Below are positions 1 through 7,728 of a stretch of 19,617 bases of DNA, one piece after another (within the stretch, counting starts at the first letter, position 1; every line of letters starts with the position of its first letter). A model generated the notes under the pieces. It was not told the origin of the DNA, did not search any database, and worked only from the letters and a program-made list of their open reading frames with translations. The position numbers and the translations under genes were made by a program. This stretch comes from an uncultured delta proteobacterium (GTDB taxonomy: Bacteria > Desulfobacterota > WTBG01 > CAIYCZ01), in contig CAWDOY010000055.1 of the NCBI GenBank assembly GCA_963803975.1, forward strand, positions 1 to 19,617. Direction: 5' to 3'.

Positions 1-2
1 GC

Positions 3-1388
3 AGCATTATTATTACCGCATGCTTTGCGCTGCTGACCTATGAACGCTGCAGCGTATGGAAAGACAGCCTGGCGCTCTGGACCACGGTACGCAAGAGCCC
101 TGAGGCTGAACTTGCTCAGTATGGTTTGGGCAGTGCTTACGGGAAGGCAGGAGACCCGCACCAGGCCATCGCTGCATATAACCGCGCACTTTCTCTTGCG
201 CCCTCATTTATTGATGCGCACATATCCCTGGGAAACGCCCTGCGCGTGATAGGAAAACATGCGGAGGCAACGGAACAGATCAAAAAGTCGCTGGCCTTTG
301 ACGTTAAGAAGCCGCGCTCATACCTTGTCCTTGGAGAAATCTGCCGCGAAGCGGGCAACCTGGACGAAGCACTTTCTTACTACAGCACAGCTGCCCGTGC
401 TGATGCAACACTGGCTGAAGCATATGTCGGCATCGGGAATGTCTACCGCAAAAAGGGGATGCCGGAAAAAGCTCTTGCAGCATACAATCAGGCACTGGCC
501 TTGAATCCTGATTCCCCGACCAGAATCCGAATGGGGCCGTTTTACCGGGAGCAGGGAAAGACAGAAGAAGCAATCCTGAATTATAATGCGGCTCTTGCCC
601 TGGACCCGCTCTACGCTGAAGCGCATAACAATCTGGGATGGCTTTACCAGCTGCAGGGGCAGTATGACCAGGCTCTCCAGTGCCTTGAAAAGGCCATAGC
701 GAGCAACCCTTTTTTGCTCACTGCCTATGATAATATGGTACAGGTATACCTGAAGCAGAATAATCGAAAACAGGCTGTGGCAACCTACCGGCGCTGCATG
801 GCTGCAAATGGGCAGCAGAAGCGTTTCAGCGCCTGGTGGGACGTATTACCGGCTGGGCATGAAGGATGACATTGTTAAATACTGTGAGATGCTTAAACCA
901 GGCAGCTCGCTGTATGCGGATGGCCTGCTGTGCTCGGCGGAGTATTACCGGAAAGAAGGCAATCTGCAGAAGGCGGTAGAACTGTATCAACAACAGGCAC
1001 GTGCAGCCAGCAATACTGATCCGCGGATTTTCTTTTCTCCTGGGCATGGCGTTTCTCCAGCAGGGCAGGATACCCGATGCCCGGGAGAATCTTGAGCAGG
1101 CAAAAGCGCTCGGGTTCTTAAAAATCCTGCTCTCTGCACCAAACTGGGAGTCATGTATTTCAACCAGGGAATGGCTGATAAGGCCCTGCGCGAGTTCAGC
1201 GAGGCCCTGGAAATTGATCCCCGAGGATAGTGCCGCACCTGTATCTGGCACAAATCTACTCCGGCTCGCTACAGAATAAACAGCAGGCAGTAGACCATTT
1301 AAAAAAAGTGCTCGAAATAGACCCGCGCATACCGCAGGCTGATACCATACGAGCTGATATCCAGCGGCTGGAGAAAGAAATTAAATAA
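3..1388 (+). CDS. TMTC-like membrane protein with long C-terminal TPR array (5' truncated by window; several apparent frameshifts between ~810 and ~1230)
   Basis: The frame from position 3 reads SIIITACFALLTYERCSVWKDSLALWTTVRKSP, resembling the TM-exit 'TxxRNxxWxxxxxLW' motif of TMTC-like proteins. It continues in frame into ORF 126..869 with tandem TPRs (e.g. AEAHNNLGWLYQLQGQYDQALQCLEKAIASNP). More TPRs follow in shifted frames (LLGMAFLQQGRIPDARENLEQA; KLGVMYFNQGMADKALREFSEALEIDP; HLYLAQIYSG...HLKKVLEIDP), ending at TAA 1386-1388. Confidence 0.8.
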
Positions 1389-1448
1389 GAACACAGGCAC
1401 AAGTCCGCAGACAGTAGACCACAGAAAAACGGAGCTATCAATTTTCTA

Positions 1449-1477
1449 TTGACTGCCGCAGGGTGTGACATTATAAC
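1449..1477 (+). promoter_or_regulatory. Putative sigma70 promoter for purQ
   Basis: TTGACT (1449-1454), 17 bp, TATAAC (1472-1477); SD AGGAG just upstream of ATG 1516. Confidence 0.5.
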
Positions 1478-1515
1478 GAAGAACAGATGATCAAACGGAA
1501 ACGAGTGATAAGGAG

Positions 1516-2340
1516 ATGAGATTGAGAAAAATCCGGGCGATTGTAGTATCAGGTAACGGCACCAACTGTGAGCGGGAGATGGCGCACGCCTGCAGGGTGG
1601 GCGGCGCGGATGACGTAGACATTGTGCACTTCTCGCAGCTTCTGCAGGGAGAAAAATCGCTGCTTGATTATGACTTTCTCAACCTGCCGGGCGGGTTTCT
1701 GGACGGGGATGATCTGGGGTCGGCCAAGGCCCATGCCATACGGCTGCGTTATGCCAGAACCGCTCACGGCGAAAGTCTTTTTGACCAGATCCGCACCTTT
1801 ATCAGCCAGGGGAAAATCATTCTCGGCATCTGTAACGGCTTTCAGCTGCTGGCAAAGCTCGGCCTGGTGCCGGCCCTCGGCGGAGCATACGGCACGCAGG
1901 CCACCACGCTTACCTTTAATGATTCAGGAACCTTTGAAGACCGGTGGGCCTATCTTACGGTGAATGAAAAATCTCCGTGCATTTTCACCCGCGGGCTTAC
2001 GAGCCTGTATCTGCCGGTGCGGCACGGTGAGGGGAAATTCATACCCGGAGATGCAGCTGTTCTGAATGAGCTTCAGGACAAGAATCTGGTGGTTGCCCAG
2101 TACACTGACCGGAGCTGCGAAAAGGCGGTGATGGATTACCCGCTCAACCCGAATGGATCGGTGGAGGCAATTGCCGGAATCTGTGATGAGACCGGACGGG
2201 TATTCGGCATGATGCCGCACCCTGAAGCCTATCTGCATTACACCAACCACCCGCGCTGGACGCGCGAACCGGTTCCGGAAGAGGGCATGGGGGTGGCAAT
2301 TTTCAGAAACGCCATAGAATATTTACGAAAGAATATGTGA
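1516..2340 (+). CDS. purQ: Phosphoribosylformylglycinamidine synthase glutaminase subunit
   Basis: GTNCE, PGGFLDGDDLG, nucleophile motif GICNGFQ, HGEG, NPNGS and catalytic MMPHPE motifs. Confidence 0.95.
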   Translation: MRLRKIRAIVVSGNGTNCEREMAHACRVGGADDVDIVHFSQLLQGEKSLLDYDFLNLPGGFLDGDDLGSAKAHAIRLRYARTAHGESLFDQIRTFISQGKIILGICNGFQLLAKLGLVPALGGAYGTQATTLTFNDSGTFEDRWAYLTVNEKSPCIFTRGLTSLYLPVRHGEGKFIPGDAAVLNELQDKNLVVAQYTDRSCEKAVMDYPLNPNGSVEAIAGICDETGRVFGMMPHPEAYLHYTNHPRWTREPVPEEGMGVAIFRNAIEYLRKNM

Positions 2341-2344
2341 GTTA

Positions 2345-2580
2345 ATCAGGCGCAATTCGGAATGTGGAGCGGGGACGGTGAATCGGTGAATGGGTAACCC
2401 GCCTTCGCTATCAAAGCTACGGCGGGCAGGCAGGTAAAAAGGTTAAGAGGTTAAAAGGTGCATCAGTGAATGGAAAATGTGACCAGTGACTAGTGGCCAG
2501 TGACTAATCACTAACCACGAGTCCCGAACCCCGAATCACTCGACCCCTCGGCCCCTTGGAGCCGTGAATCCTGGAACCCT
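2345..2580. repeat. Mosaic of degenerate 7/8-mer tandem repeats with an embedded palindrome
   Basis: GGTGAATC/GGTGAATG (2377-2392); AGGTAAAA-AGGTTAAG-AGGTTAAA (2432-2455); GTGACCA-GTGACTA-GTGGCCA-GTGACTA (2479-2506); CTCGACCC-CTCGGCCC-CTTGGAGC-CGTGAATC-CTGGAACC (2539-2578). Confidence 0.75.
2398..2430. repeat. REP-like short palindrome
   Basis: CCCGCC-ttc-GCT-atcaa-AGC-tac-GGCGGG-cagg: outer 6-bp and inner 3-bp stems; the minus strand contains GTAG. Confidence 0.55.
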
Positions 2581-2590
2581 ATTATTTATT

Positions 2591-3106
2591 ATGGCACGCA
2601 AACAGCTAACATACTGCGGCTACTGCGGCACTATCTGCGAGCGCAGGGACCTTGAGGGCAGAACGCGCCTTTACTGCCCGGCCTGTCATGAAGTGCGGTA
2701 TGAAAATCCCGTACCAGCGGCAACAGCCCTGGTTCTGAATGAGCAGCGCCAGCTGCTGTTGGGCAGAAGGAAAAATGATCCGCAAAAAGGCCACTGGTGC
2801 CTGCCCGGCGGATTTATCGAGCTGGGCGAGTCAATGGAGCAGGCAGCACTGAGGGAGCTGAAAGAGGAGACCGGCCTTGAGGGCACGATTGTCTCGTTTG
2901 TTGACTGCTTTTATCAGGAGAGCAAGTTTTACGGCAGCCTCATTATTTTCGGCTATTTAATTGATATTACGGCAGGAGAGATGCAGGCTGATGATGACCT
3001 GGAAGAGGTGCGCTTTTTTGCGCTCGATGAGCTGCCGGCCCTGGCATTTGAATCTCACCAGAAGCTGGTGGAGCAGTTAAAAGAAAAGTTAAGAAGTGAA
3101 AAGTAA
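2591..3106 (+). CDS. Nudix hydrolase with N-terminal zinc ribbon
   Basis: CGYCG...CPAC Zn ribbon, YENP, and Nudix box GGFIELGESMEQAALRELKEETG. ATG 2591 is preferred over GTG 2564, which lies inside the octamer repeat. Confidence 0.9.
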   Translation: MARKQLTYCGYCGTICERRDLEGRTRLYCPACHEVRYENPVPAATALVLNEQRQLLLGRRKNDPQKGHWCLPGGFIELGESMEQAALRELKEETGLEGTIVSFVDCFYQESKFYGSLIIFGYLIDITAGEMQADDDLEEVRFFALDELPALAFESHQKLVEQLKEKLRSEK

Positions 3107-3149
3107 ACTCCCCAACTTTTCAACTCCTTAACTCTTCCCCGGAGTCCCC

Positions 3150-3283
3150 CCGCTATTAACTTTGTGCCTTCTGCCTTTGTGCCTCTTAACCTATTGACCT
3201 CTTGGCCTTTTCGCCTTTCACCTTCCACCTTTCCACTTTTCACGTTTTTTCCGCCACCGCTATTAACTTTGTGCCTTCTGCCT
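3150..3283 (+). repeat. 27-bp perfect direct repeat (3150-3176 and 3257-3283)
   Basis: CCGCTATTAACTTTGTGCCTTCTGCCT occurs twice, 107 bp apart. Confidence 0.85.
3175..3223 (+). repeat. 49-bp direct repeat, copy 1 (upstream of vapBC)
   Basis: CTTTGTGCCTCTTAACCTATTGACCTCTTGGCCTTTTCGCCTTTCACCT; 47/49 identical to 4195-4243. Confidence 0.9.
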
Positions 3284-3355
3284 GGTGCCTTACATTATGT
3301 ACATTTTTCCGAGCCGCGAGTTCCCAATCATGATTTCTGCGTATCTGGAAAGATA

Positions 3356-3401
3356 TTTACATTTCTTCTTGTTTGGTCTATACTTAGAAGTATATACAAA
3401 C
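3356..3401 (+). promoter_or_regulatory. vapBC promoter with overlapping inverted-repeat operator
   Basis: TTTACA (3356-3361), 17 bp, TATACT (3379-3384). The inverted repeat GTTTG-gtc-TATACT-taga-AGTATA-ta-CAAAC (3371-3401) overlaps the -10 box. SD AGGAGG follows. Confidence 0.7.
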
Positions 3402-3412
3402 AGGAGGTTCGG

Positions 3413-3640
3413 ATGAATACCGCCAAACTATTTAAAAACGGAAAAAGCCAGGCAGTACGGCTCCCGAAGGAATTTAAGTTTGCAGGTGATGAAGTGTATA
3501 TAAACAGAATCGGGCGCAATGTAATCCTCATACCAAAAGATGATCCCTGGGGGTCTCTTTTAAACAGCCTCAATAAATTCAGCGATGATTTCATGTCAGA
3601 GCGGATACAGCCCTCTTTGAAAGAACGGAAAAAGCTCTAA
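3413..3640 (+). CDS. vapB: Type II antitoxin, AbrB/SpoVT fold (VapB/VagC family)
   Basis: 75 aa with the MNTAKLFKNGKSQAVRLPKEF signature; SD AGGAGG; stop overlaps the vapC start (TAATG). Confidence 0.93.
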   Translation: MNTAKLFKNGKSQAVRLPKEFKFAGDEVYINRIGRNVILIPKDDPWGSLLNSLNKFSDDFMSERIQPSLKERKKL

Positions 3641-4038
3641 TGCGCTTCATGCTCGATACGAATATCTGTATTTACATTATCAGGAAGAAGCCGGTAAAAA
3701 TCCTGGAACGATTCAGGACGTTATCGCCCTCTGATATCGTTATCTCGTCTGTTACTCTTGCAGAGCTTGAATATGGGGTTGCAAAAAGCAGCAGCCCCCT
3801 TCAGAACAGGACCGCTCTGAACGGATTTCTTGCACCGCTTGAGATTGTTTCCCTTGATGATCGGGCAGCTTCCCACTACGGAGAGATACGGTCGTATCTG
3901 GAAAGACAGGGGAAAGTCATCGGCGCTATGGATTTGCTTATCGCTGCACATGCCAGAAGTCTGGCGCTCATACTGGTGACAAACAATGTACGTGAATTCA
4001 AAAGAATTCCGGATTTGCAGGTTGAGAACTGGATTTAA
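3640..4038 (+). CDS. vapC: PIN-domain ribonuclease toxin
   Basis: MLDTNICIY, ELEYG, IGAMDLLIAAHA and LVTNNVREF PIN motifs. Confidence 0.95.
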   Translation: MRFMLDTNICIYIIRKKPVKILERFRTLSPSDIVISSVTLAELEYGVAKSSSPLQNRTALNGFLAPLEIVSLDDRAASHYGEIRSYLERQGKVIGAMDLLIAAHARSLALILVTNNVREFKRIPDLQVENWI

Positions 4039-4040
4039 AG

Positions 4041-4168
4041 TATTTGGGGACACTGATGAACGCTGATTATCAGGATTTCAGAAAGCTTTCAAGCTGATAC
4101 GCATGTCATTGAGAGTAGCTTGGCTTTAATAGATTCAATTTAAATCTGCGTGTATCTGCGTCCCAATA
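4041..4168. repeat. Imperfect inverted repeat built from 9-mer units (ACGCWGATx) around a ~70-bp spacer
   Basis: Left arm TTGGGGACACTGATGAACGCTGATT versus the reverse complement of the right arm, TTGGGACGCAGATACACGCAGATT. Confidence 0.65.
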
Positions 4169-4194
4169 AATTCTGTGGTCTGTTTATCTTTTTA

Positions 4195-4243
4195 CTTTGT
4201 GCCTCTTAGCCTATTAACCTCTTGGCCTTTTCGCCTTTCACCT
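4195..4243 (+). repeat. 49-bp direct repeat, copy 2 (downstream of vapBC)
   Basis: CTTTGTGCCTCTTAGCCTATTAACCTCTTGGCCTTTTCGCCTTTCACCT, 1020 bp from copy 1. Confidence 0.9.
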
Positions 4244-4358
4244 GCCATTTTCCGCTGCTTTAGAAACCCGCCACTCGTATCACGTATTACGCATCATTAA
4301 TCACGATCCCCGAATCCCGGACCCCCGTCCCGCGTTTTTAAATTACATGGGTAAGTTC

Positions 4359-4399
4359 TTGACAATAACAACCAGATAATGAATAATCTTAACAAGATT
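4359..4399 (+). promoter_or_regulatory. Putative promoter/operator upstream of hicBA
   Basis: TTGACA (4359-4364), 17 bp, AATAAT (4382-4387), overlapped by the palindrome AATCTT-aac-AAGATT (4385-4399). Confidence 0.45.
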
Positions 4400-4486
4400 T
4401 GCTTTTAGATAGATAGTTGTATTAACCGCATTCCTTTTTTCCGATAATTTCTGTGTTTAAAGTTTTGGATTTGTTGAGGTGAAAAT

Positions 4487-4702
4487 ATGATTTTTCACGT
4501 TGTGCTCGAACATGCTGAAGACGGCTGGATTGTTGCTGAGGTTCCAGCGCTTCCAGGCTGTGTTTCTCAAGGTAAAGATGAGAAGGAGGCGCTGGATAAT
4601 ATAAAGGAGGCCATTACCGCGTGGCTGTGGGCCGAGGATCAAAAAGCAACTGCCCAGCTATCATCAAAATCAGGGTTGCAAACAATAGTCGTGGCCGTCT
4701 AA
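4487..4702 (+). CDS. hicB: Short HicB-family antitoxin (no obvious C-terminal DNA-binding domain)
   Basis: VPALPGCVSQGKDEKEALDNIKEAI matches the HicB/UPF0150 pattern; SD GAGGTG. Confidence 0.9.
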   Translation: MIFHVVLEHAEDGWIVAEVPALPGCVSQGKDEKEALDNIKEAITAWLWAEDQKATAQLSSKSGLQTIVVAV

Positions 4703-4924
4703 ATGGGCAGACTGGGAAATATTTCAGGAAAGGAAGCGGTGAAAGCATTTCAGCGTGCCGGTTGGCAGAAGATTGGCCAGGTAGGCAGTCATCTGGTTAT
4801 GGTCAAGGCTGGTCTGCGGGTTAATCTTTCAATTCCTCAGCATAAGGAATTATCTGTAGGAACGCTTCGTGCATTAATTCGTAATGCTGGTCTGAGCGTG
4901 GAAGAATTTATACAATTACTTTAA
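4703..4924 (+). CDS. hicA: HicA-family mRNA interferase toxin
   Basis: 73 aa with GW...GSH and IPQHKELSVGTLRALIRNAGL motifs; directly abuts hicB. Confidence 0.92.
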   Translation: MGRLGNISGKEAVKAFQRAGWQKIGQVGSHLVMVKAGLRVNLSIPQHKELSVGTLRALIRNAGLSVEEFIQLL

Positions 4925-4938
4925 TCTTCCAAACTCCC

Positions 4939-6234
4939 TCACTCATCCCCGAAGTCCCACGTCTTTTCCTTATTCAGAATTTTAATGGCGCAGAACTCGC
5001 CGCACATGGTGCAGACATCATCTTCCGCTGGCGTGCGGCTGTCGCGCAAGGCTTTGGCCTTTACCGGGTCAAGGGAGGCCTCAATCTGGCCCTTCCAGTC
5101 CAGGTTTTTCCTGCACCGGGACATGGCAATATCCCGCTCCATTGCTCCCTTTACCCCCTTTGCAATGTCTCCGGCATGAGCAGCAATCTTTGATGCAATG
5201 ACGCCCTCTCTGACATCCTCGATCGTCGGCAGGCGCAGATGTTCAGACGGCGTCACATAGCATAAAAAGTCAGCGCCATAAGAAGCAGCGAGCGCTCCGC
5301 CGATGGCAGATGTTATATGGTCATAGCCCGGCGCCGCATCGGTGACCAGGGGACCGAGCACATAAAAAGGAGCCCCGTGGCAGAGCTGCTTCTGCAGCAT
5401 GATGTTTGTCTCAATCTGGTTGATGGGCACATGGCCCGGCCCCTCGATCATGACCTGCACGCCCTTTTCGAGAGCCTGCTGCGCCAGCTCTCCCAGCACA
5501 ATCAGCTCCTGCACCTGCGCCCGGTCCGTGGCATCGGCGATAGAGCCCGGCCGCATGCCGTCGCCGAGGCTCAACGTCAGGTCATAGGCGCGGGCGATTT
5601 CCAGCAGCCGGTCATAATGCTGGTAAAGAGGGTTTTCCTTTTTATTGTAGGCCATCCACTCGATGGTGAATGCGCCGCCGCGGCTCACCACGTCCATGAG
5701 CCTGCCCTCTTTTTTCAGGCGCCGTGCCGCTTCCCTGGTCAGTCCGCAGTGCACGGTGATGAAATCAATCCCGTCTTCAGCCTGCCGCTCAATCACCGCA
5801 AATATTTCATCCACAGTCATCTCCACCATGGCCTTTTTTCTGCCCACCGCTTCAATAGCTGCCTGGTAAATGGGCACGGTGCCGACCGGGACTGTTGAGT
5901 GGCGAACTATTTCCTTCCGCACGTCATCAATGCTGCCGCCGGTGCTTAAGTCCATAATGGTATCAGCTCCTGCTTCTATAGCTACGGCAAGCTTTTTCAG
6001 CTCCTCTTCCACGCTCATGCAGTCCCTGGAGGTGCCGATATTGGCATTGATTTTTGTCCTCAGTCCCCTGCCGATTCCCATGGGTTTTATGGAGCGATGG
6101 CTGCGGTTCAGAGGAATAATAACATGGCCTTCCGCAACCGCCTGCCGTATATATTCAGCGCTCACACCTTCCACGGCAGCAACCTGCTCCATTTCAGGTG
6201 TTATGATATTTTTTTGTGCATCTTCTATCTGCAT
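4939..6234 (-). CDS. thiC: Phosphomethylpyrimidine synthase
   Basis: [42 protein letters not shown] and the C-terminal Fe-S motif CTMCGEFC. Confidence 0.97.
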   Translation of the reverse strand: MQIEDAQKNIITPEMEQVAAVEGVSAEYIRQAVAEGHVIIPLNRSHRSIKPMGIGRGLRTKINANIGTSRDCMSVEEELKKLAVAIEAGADTIMDLSTGGSIDDVRKEIVRHSTVPVGTVPIYQAAIEAVGRKKAMVEMTVDEIFAVIERQAEDGIDFITVHCGLTREAARRLKKEGRLMDVVSRGGAFTIEWMAYNKKENPLYQHYDRLLEIARAYDLTLSLGDGMRPGSIADATDRAQVQELIVLGELAQQALEKGVQVMIEGPGHVPINQIETNIMLQKQLCHGAPFYVLGPLVTDAAPGYDHITSAIGGALAASYGADFLCYVTPSEHLRLPTIEDVREGVIASKIAAHAGDIAKGVKGAMERDIAMSRCRKNLDWKGQIEASLDPVKAKALRDSRTPAEDDVCTMCGEFCAIKILNKEKTWDFGDE

Positions 6235-6244
6235 GGTGGTATCC

Positions 6245-7573
6245 TTATGTTGCGATCTCTATTATTTTATCAGCTACATCCATTGGCGCAGTCCCCAGCA
6301 CCCTTACCATCGGCTCCTTGCCCGCATCGCCGGTATCAAAAATAATGTCAGGTATGGTGCCGGACCGGGAAAGAACCAGATTCGTGCCCCACTCAAGCGT
6401 GGAGCCCTCTGCTTCTTTTACCCCCCGGGGCTCATCCCTGCGGTCAAATTCTGCCACGCGCAATCCCTGTGCCCGGCAGCGCGCAACGATCTCCGGGCTG
6501 TAGCGGATATTCATGGCTGAGCGATATCTCCGGTCATAGCGCAACACAGTTAAAATTATTTTTGCGATATGCCGTGAAGCACCCGGCTGCGGGCCGGCAA
6601 CCGCTGCAATTGAATCCTGCAGCCGCACAATTCTTCCCGGGAAGGCCACCACATCCCCAGGCGTTGCCGCACCCTCCAGGGCATAGCCGAGATTTGACTG
6701 GACTTCAGGTATCAGGTGCCCGATGCGTGCATCCTGCAGTTTATGAAAAGCATCCTGCTAGTGCCGCAGAGCTTTCCCAGAGCCCGGCAGTGCGTGCAAT
6801 ACGGGCAAAGGGGTCGGTCGGTCCATGGCCTTTTCCCAGAGAGAAGGAATGGCTGATTGCATCCTGAATGAACTGCTTGGCCCGCTGCACTGCCTCCAGC
6901 GGCGAAAACCCCTGGGCAATTTCTGTGGCGACAGCTGAGGCAAAGGTGCAGCCGGTGCCGTGGGTATTGGTGGTAGCAATGCGCGGCGATGCAAACTCGG
7001 TAAAGGTGCTGCCGTCATAAAAAAGGTCAATACAGTCCCCGGCCAGATGGCCGCCTTTGACGACTACGTGGTGCGGCCCCATGGCTTTTATCTTTTTAGC
7101 CGCAGCTTTCATGGTTTCGATTGAATCAATGCTGAATCCGCACAGAAGGGATGCCTCATCAAGGTTGGGCGTGACAACCAGGGCAAGCGGGAACAGGTCC
7201 CGTATCACCGCTTCTATGGCCGGCTCCTGGAGCAGGGTAGCTCCTCCCTTTGCCTTCATAACCGGGTCCACCACCGCGGCAGCAATGCCATAGTCTTTTA
7301 TTTTGCGTGCCACCGAGCGCACAATAGCGGCCGTAAACAGCATGCCGGTTTTTACTGCGTCGGCTCCGATGTCCTGCATGACCGCATCAATCTGCTGCTC
7401 TATGAATTCAACCGGGATGGGGAAAACCGCTTTAACCGTCTGCGTGTTCTGTGCGGTAAGGGCGGTAATGGCGGTCATGGCAAAGCCGCCGCAAAGGGTT
7501 ATTGCCTTTACATCCGCCTGTATTCCGGCACCGCCCCCGGAGTCTGATGCAGCAATGACAGAATTTTTTTCAT
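6245..7573 (-). CDS. thiDN: Bifunctional HMP/HMP-P kinase - thiamine-phosphate synthase (ThiD-ThiN fusion), with two apparent frameshifts
   Basis: ATG at 7573 (MKKIL), a shift near 7557 into [15 protein letters not shown]...[10 protein letters not shown], then KTGML, VVDPVM, TPNLDEA and THGTGCT. A shift near 6758 leads into [27 protein letters not shown]...AFPGRI...GASRHIA...RSAMNIRY...[10 protein letters not shown], typical of ThiN. Confidence 0.88.
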
Positions 7574-7580
7574 AATCCTG

Positions 7581-7648
7581 TAGAGTTGTCGGAGTTCAGG
7601 GCGAGTTGCAGAGTATTAAATTATTCAACTTCCTGACCCGGAAACTCT
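7581..7648. repeat. Degenerate GAGTT-/AACTC-type repeat arms in inverted orientation
   Basis: AGAGTTGTCGGAGTTCAGGGCGAGTTGCAGAG followed by CAACTTCCTGACCCGGAAACTCT; same unit type as 3106-3136. Confidence 0.45.
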
Positions 7649-7679
7649 GTAACGCAGTAATGTATATATAAAACAGAAT

Positions 7680-7701
7680 GACGCGCCGTTACCGGCGCGT
7701 C
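7680..7701 (-). promoter_or_regulatory. GC-rich hairpin in the presumed thiDN-thiC leader
   Basis: Perfect 9-bp stem GACGCGCCG/CGGCGCGTC; minus-strand loop GTAA (GNRA), followed by ATTCTGTTTT. Confidence 0.55.
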
Positions 7702-7728
7702 GGTTAAGAACCTTTACGGTATAAATAA

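Noticed and set aside
3055..3243. 62-aa minus-strand ORF (MKSGKVEGERRKG...)
   Set aside because: Low-complexity translation of the repeat arms with no protein-like features.
3164..3412. N-terminal 83-aa extension of vapB in the ORF track
   Set aside because: It is translated pyrimidine-rich repeat DNA. The SD, promoter and family alignment point to ATG 3413.
2345..4335. CRISPR array or integron cassette array
   Set aside because: There are no regularly spaced identical repeats with unique spacers, no clear attC (RYYYAAC...GTTRRRY) pairs after the genes, and no cas or intI gene in the window.
5317..6520. Long plus-strand ORFs antisense to thiC/thiN (and similar antisense ORFs over argS, ACAD and E1 alpha)
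   Set aside because: Shadow ORFs arising from the codon bias of genuine opposite-strand genes; no recognisable motifs.
6740..6770. Programmed ribosomal frameshift between ThiD and ThiN
   Set aside because: No convincing slippery heptamer was seen, and neighbouring genes carry similar indels, so sequencing error is more parsimonious.
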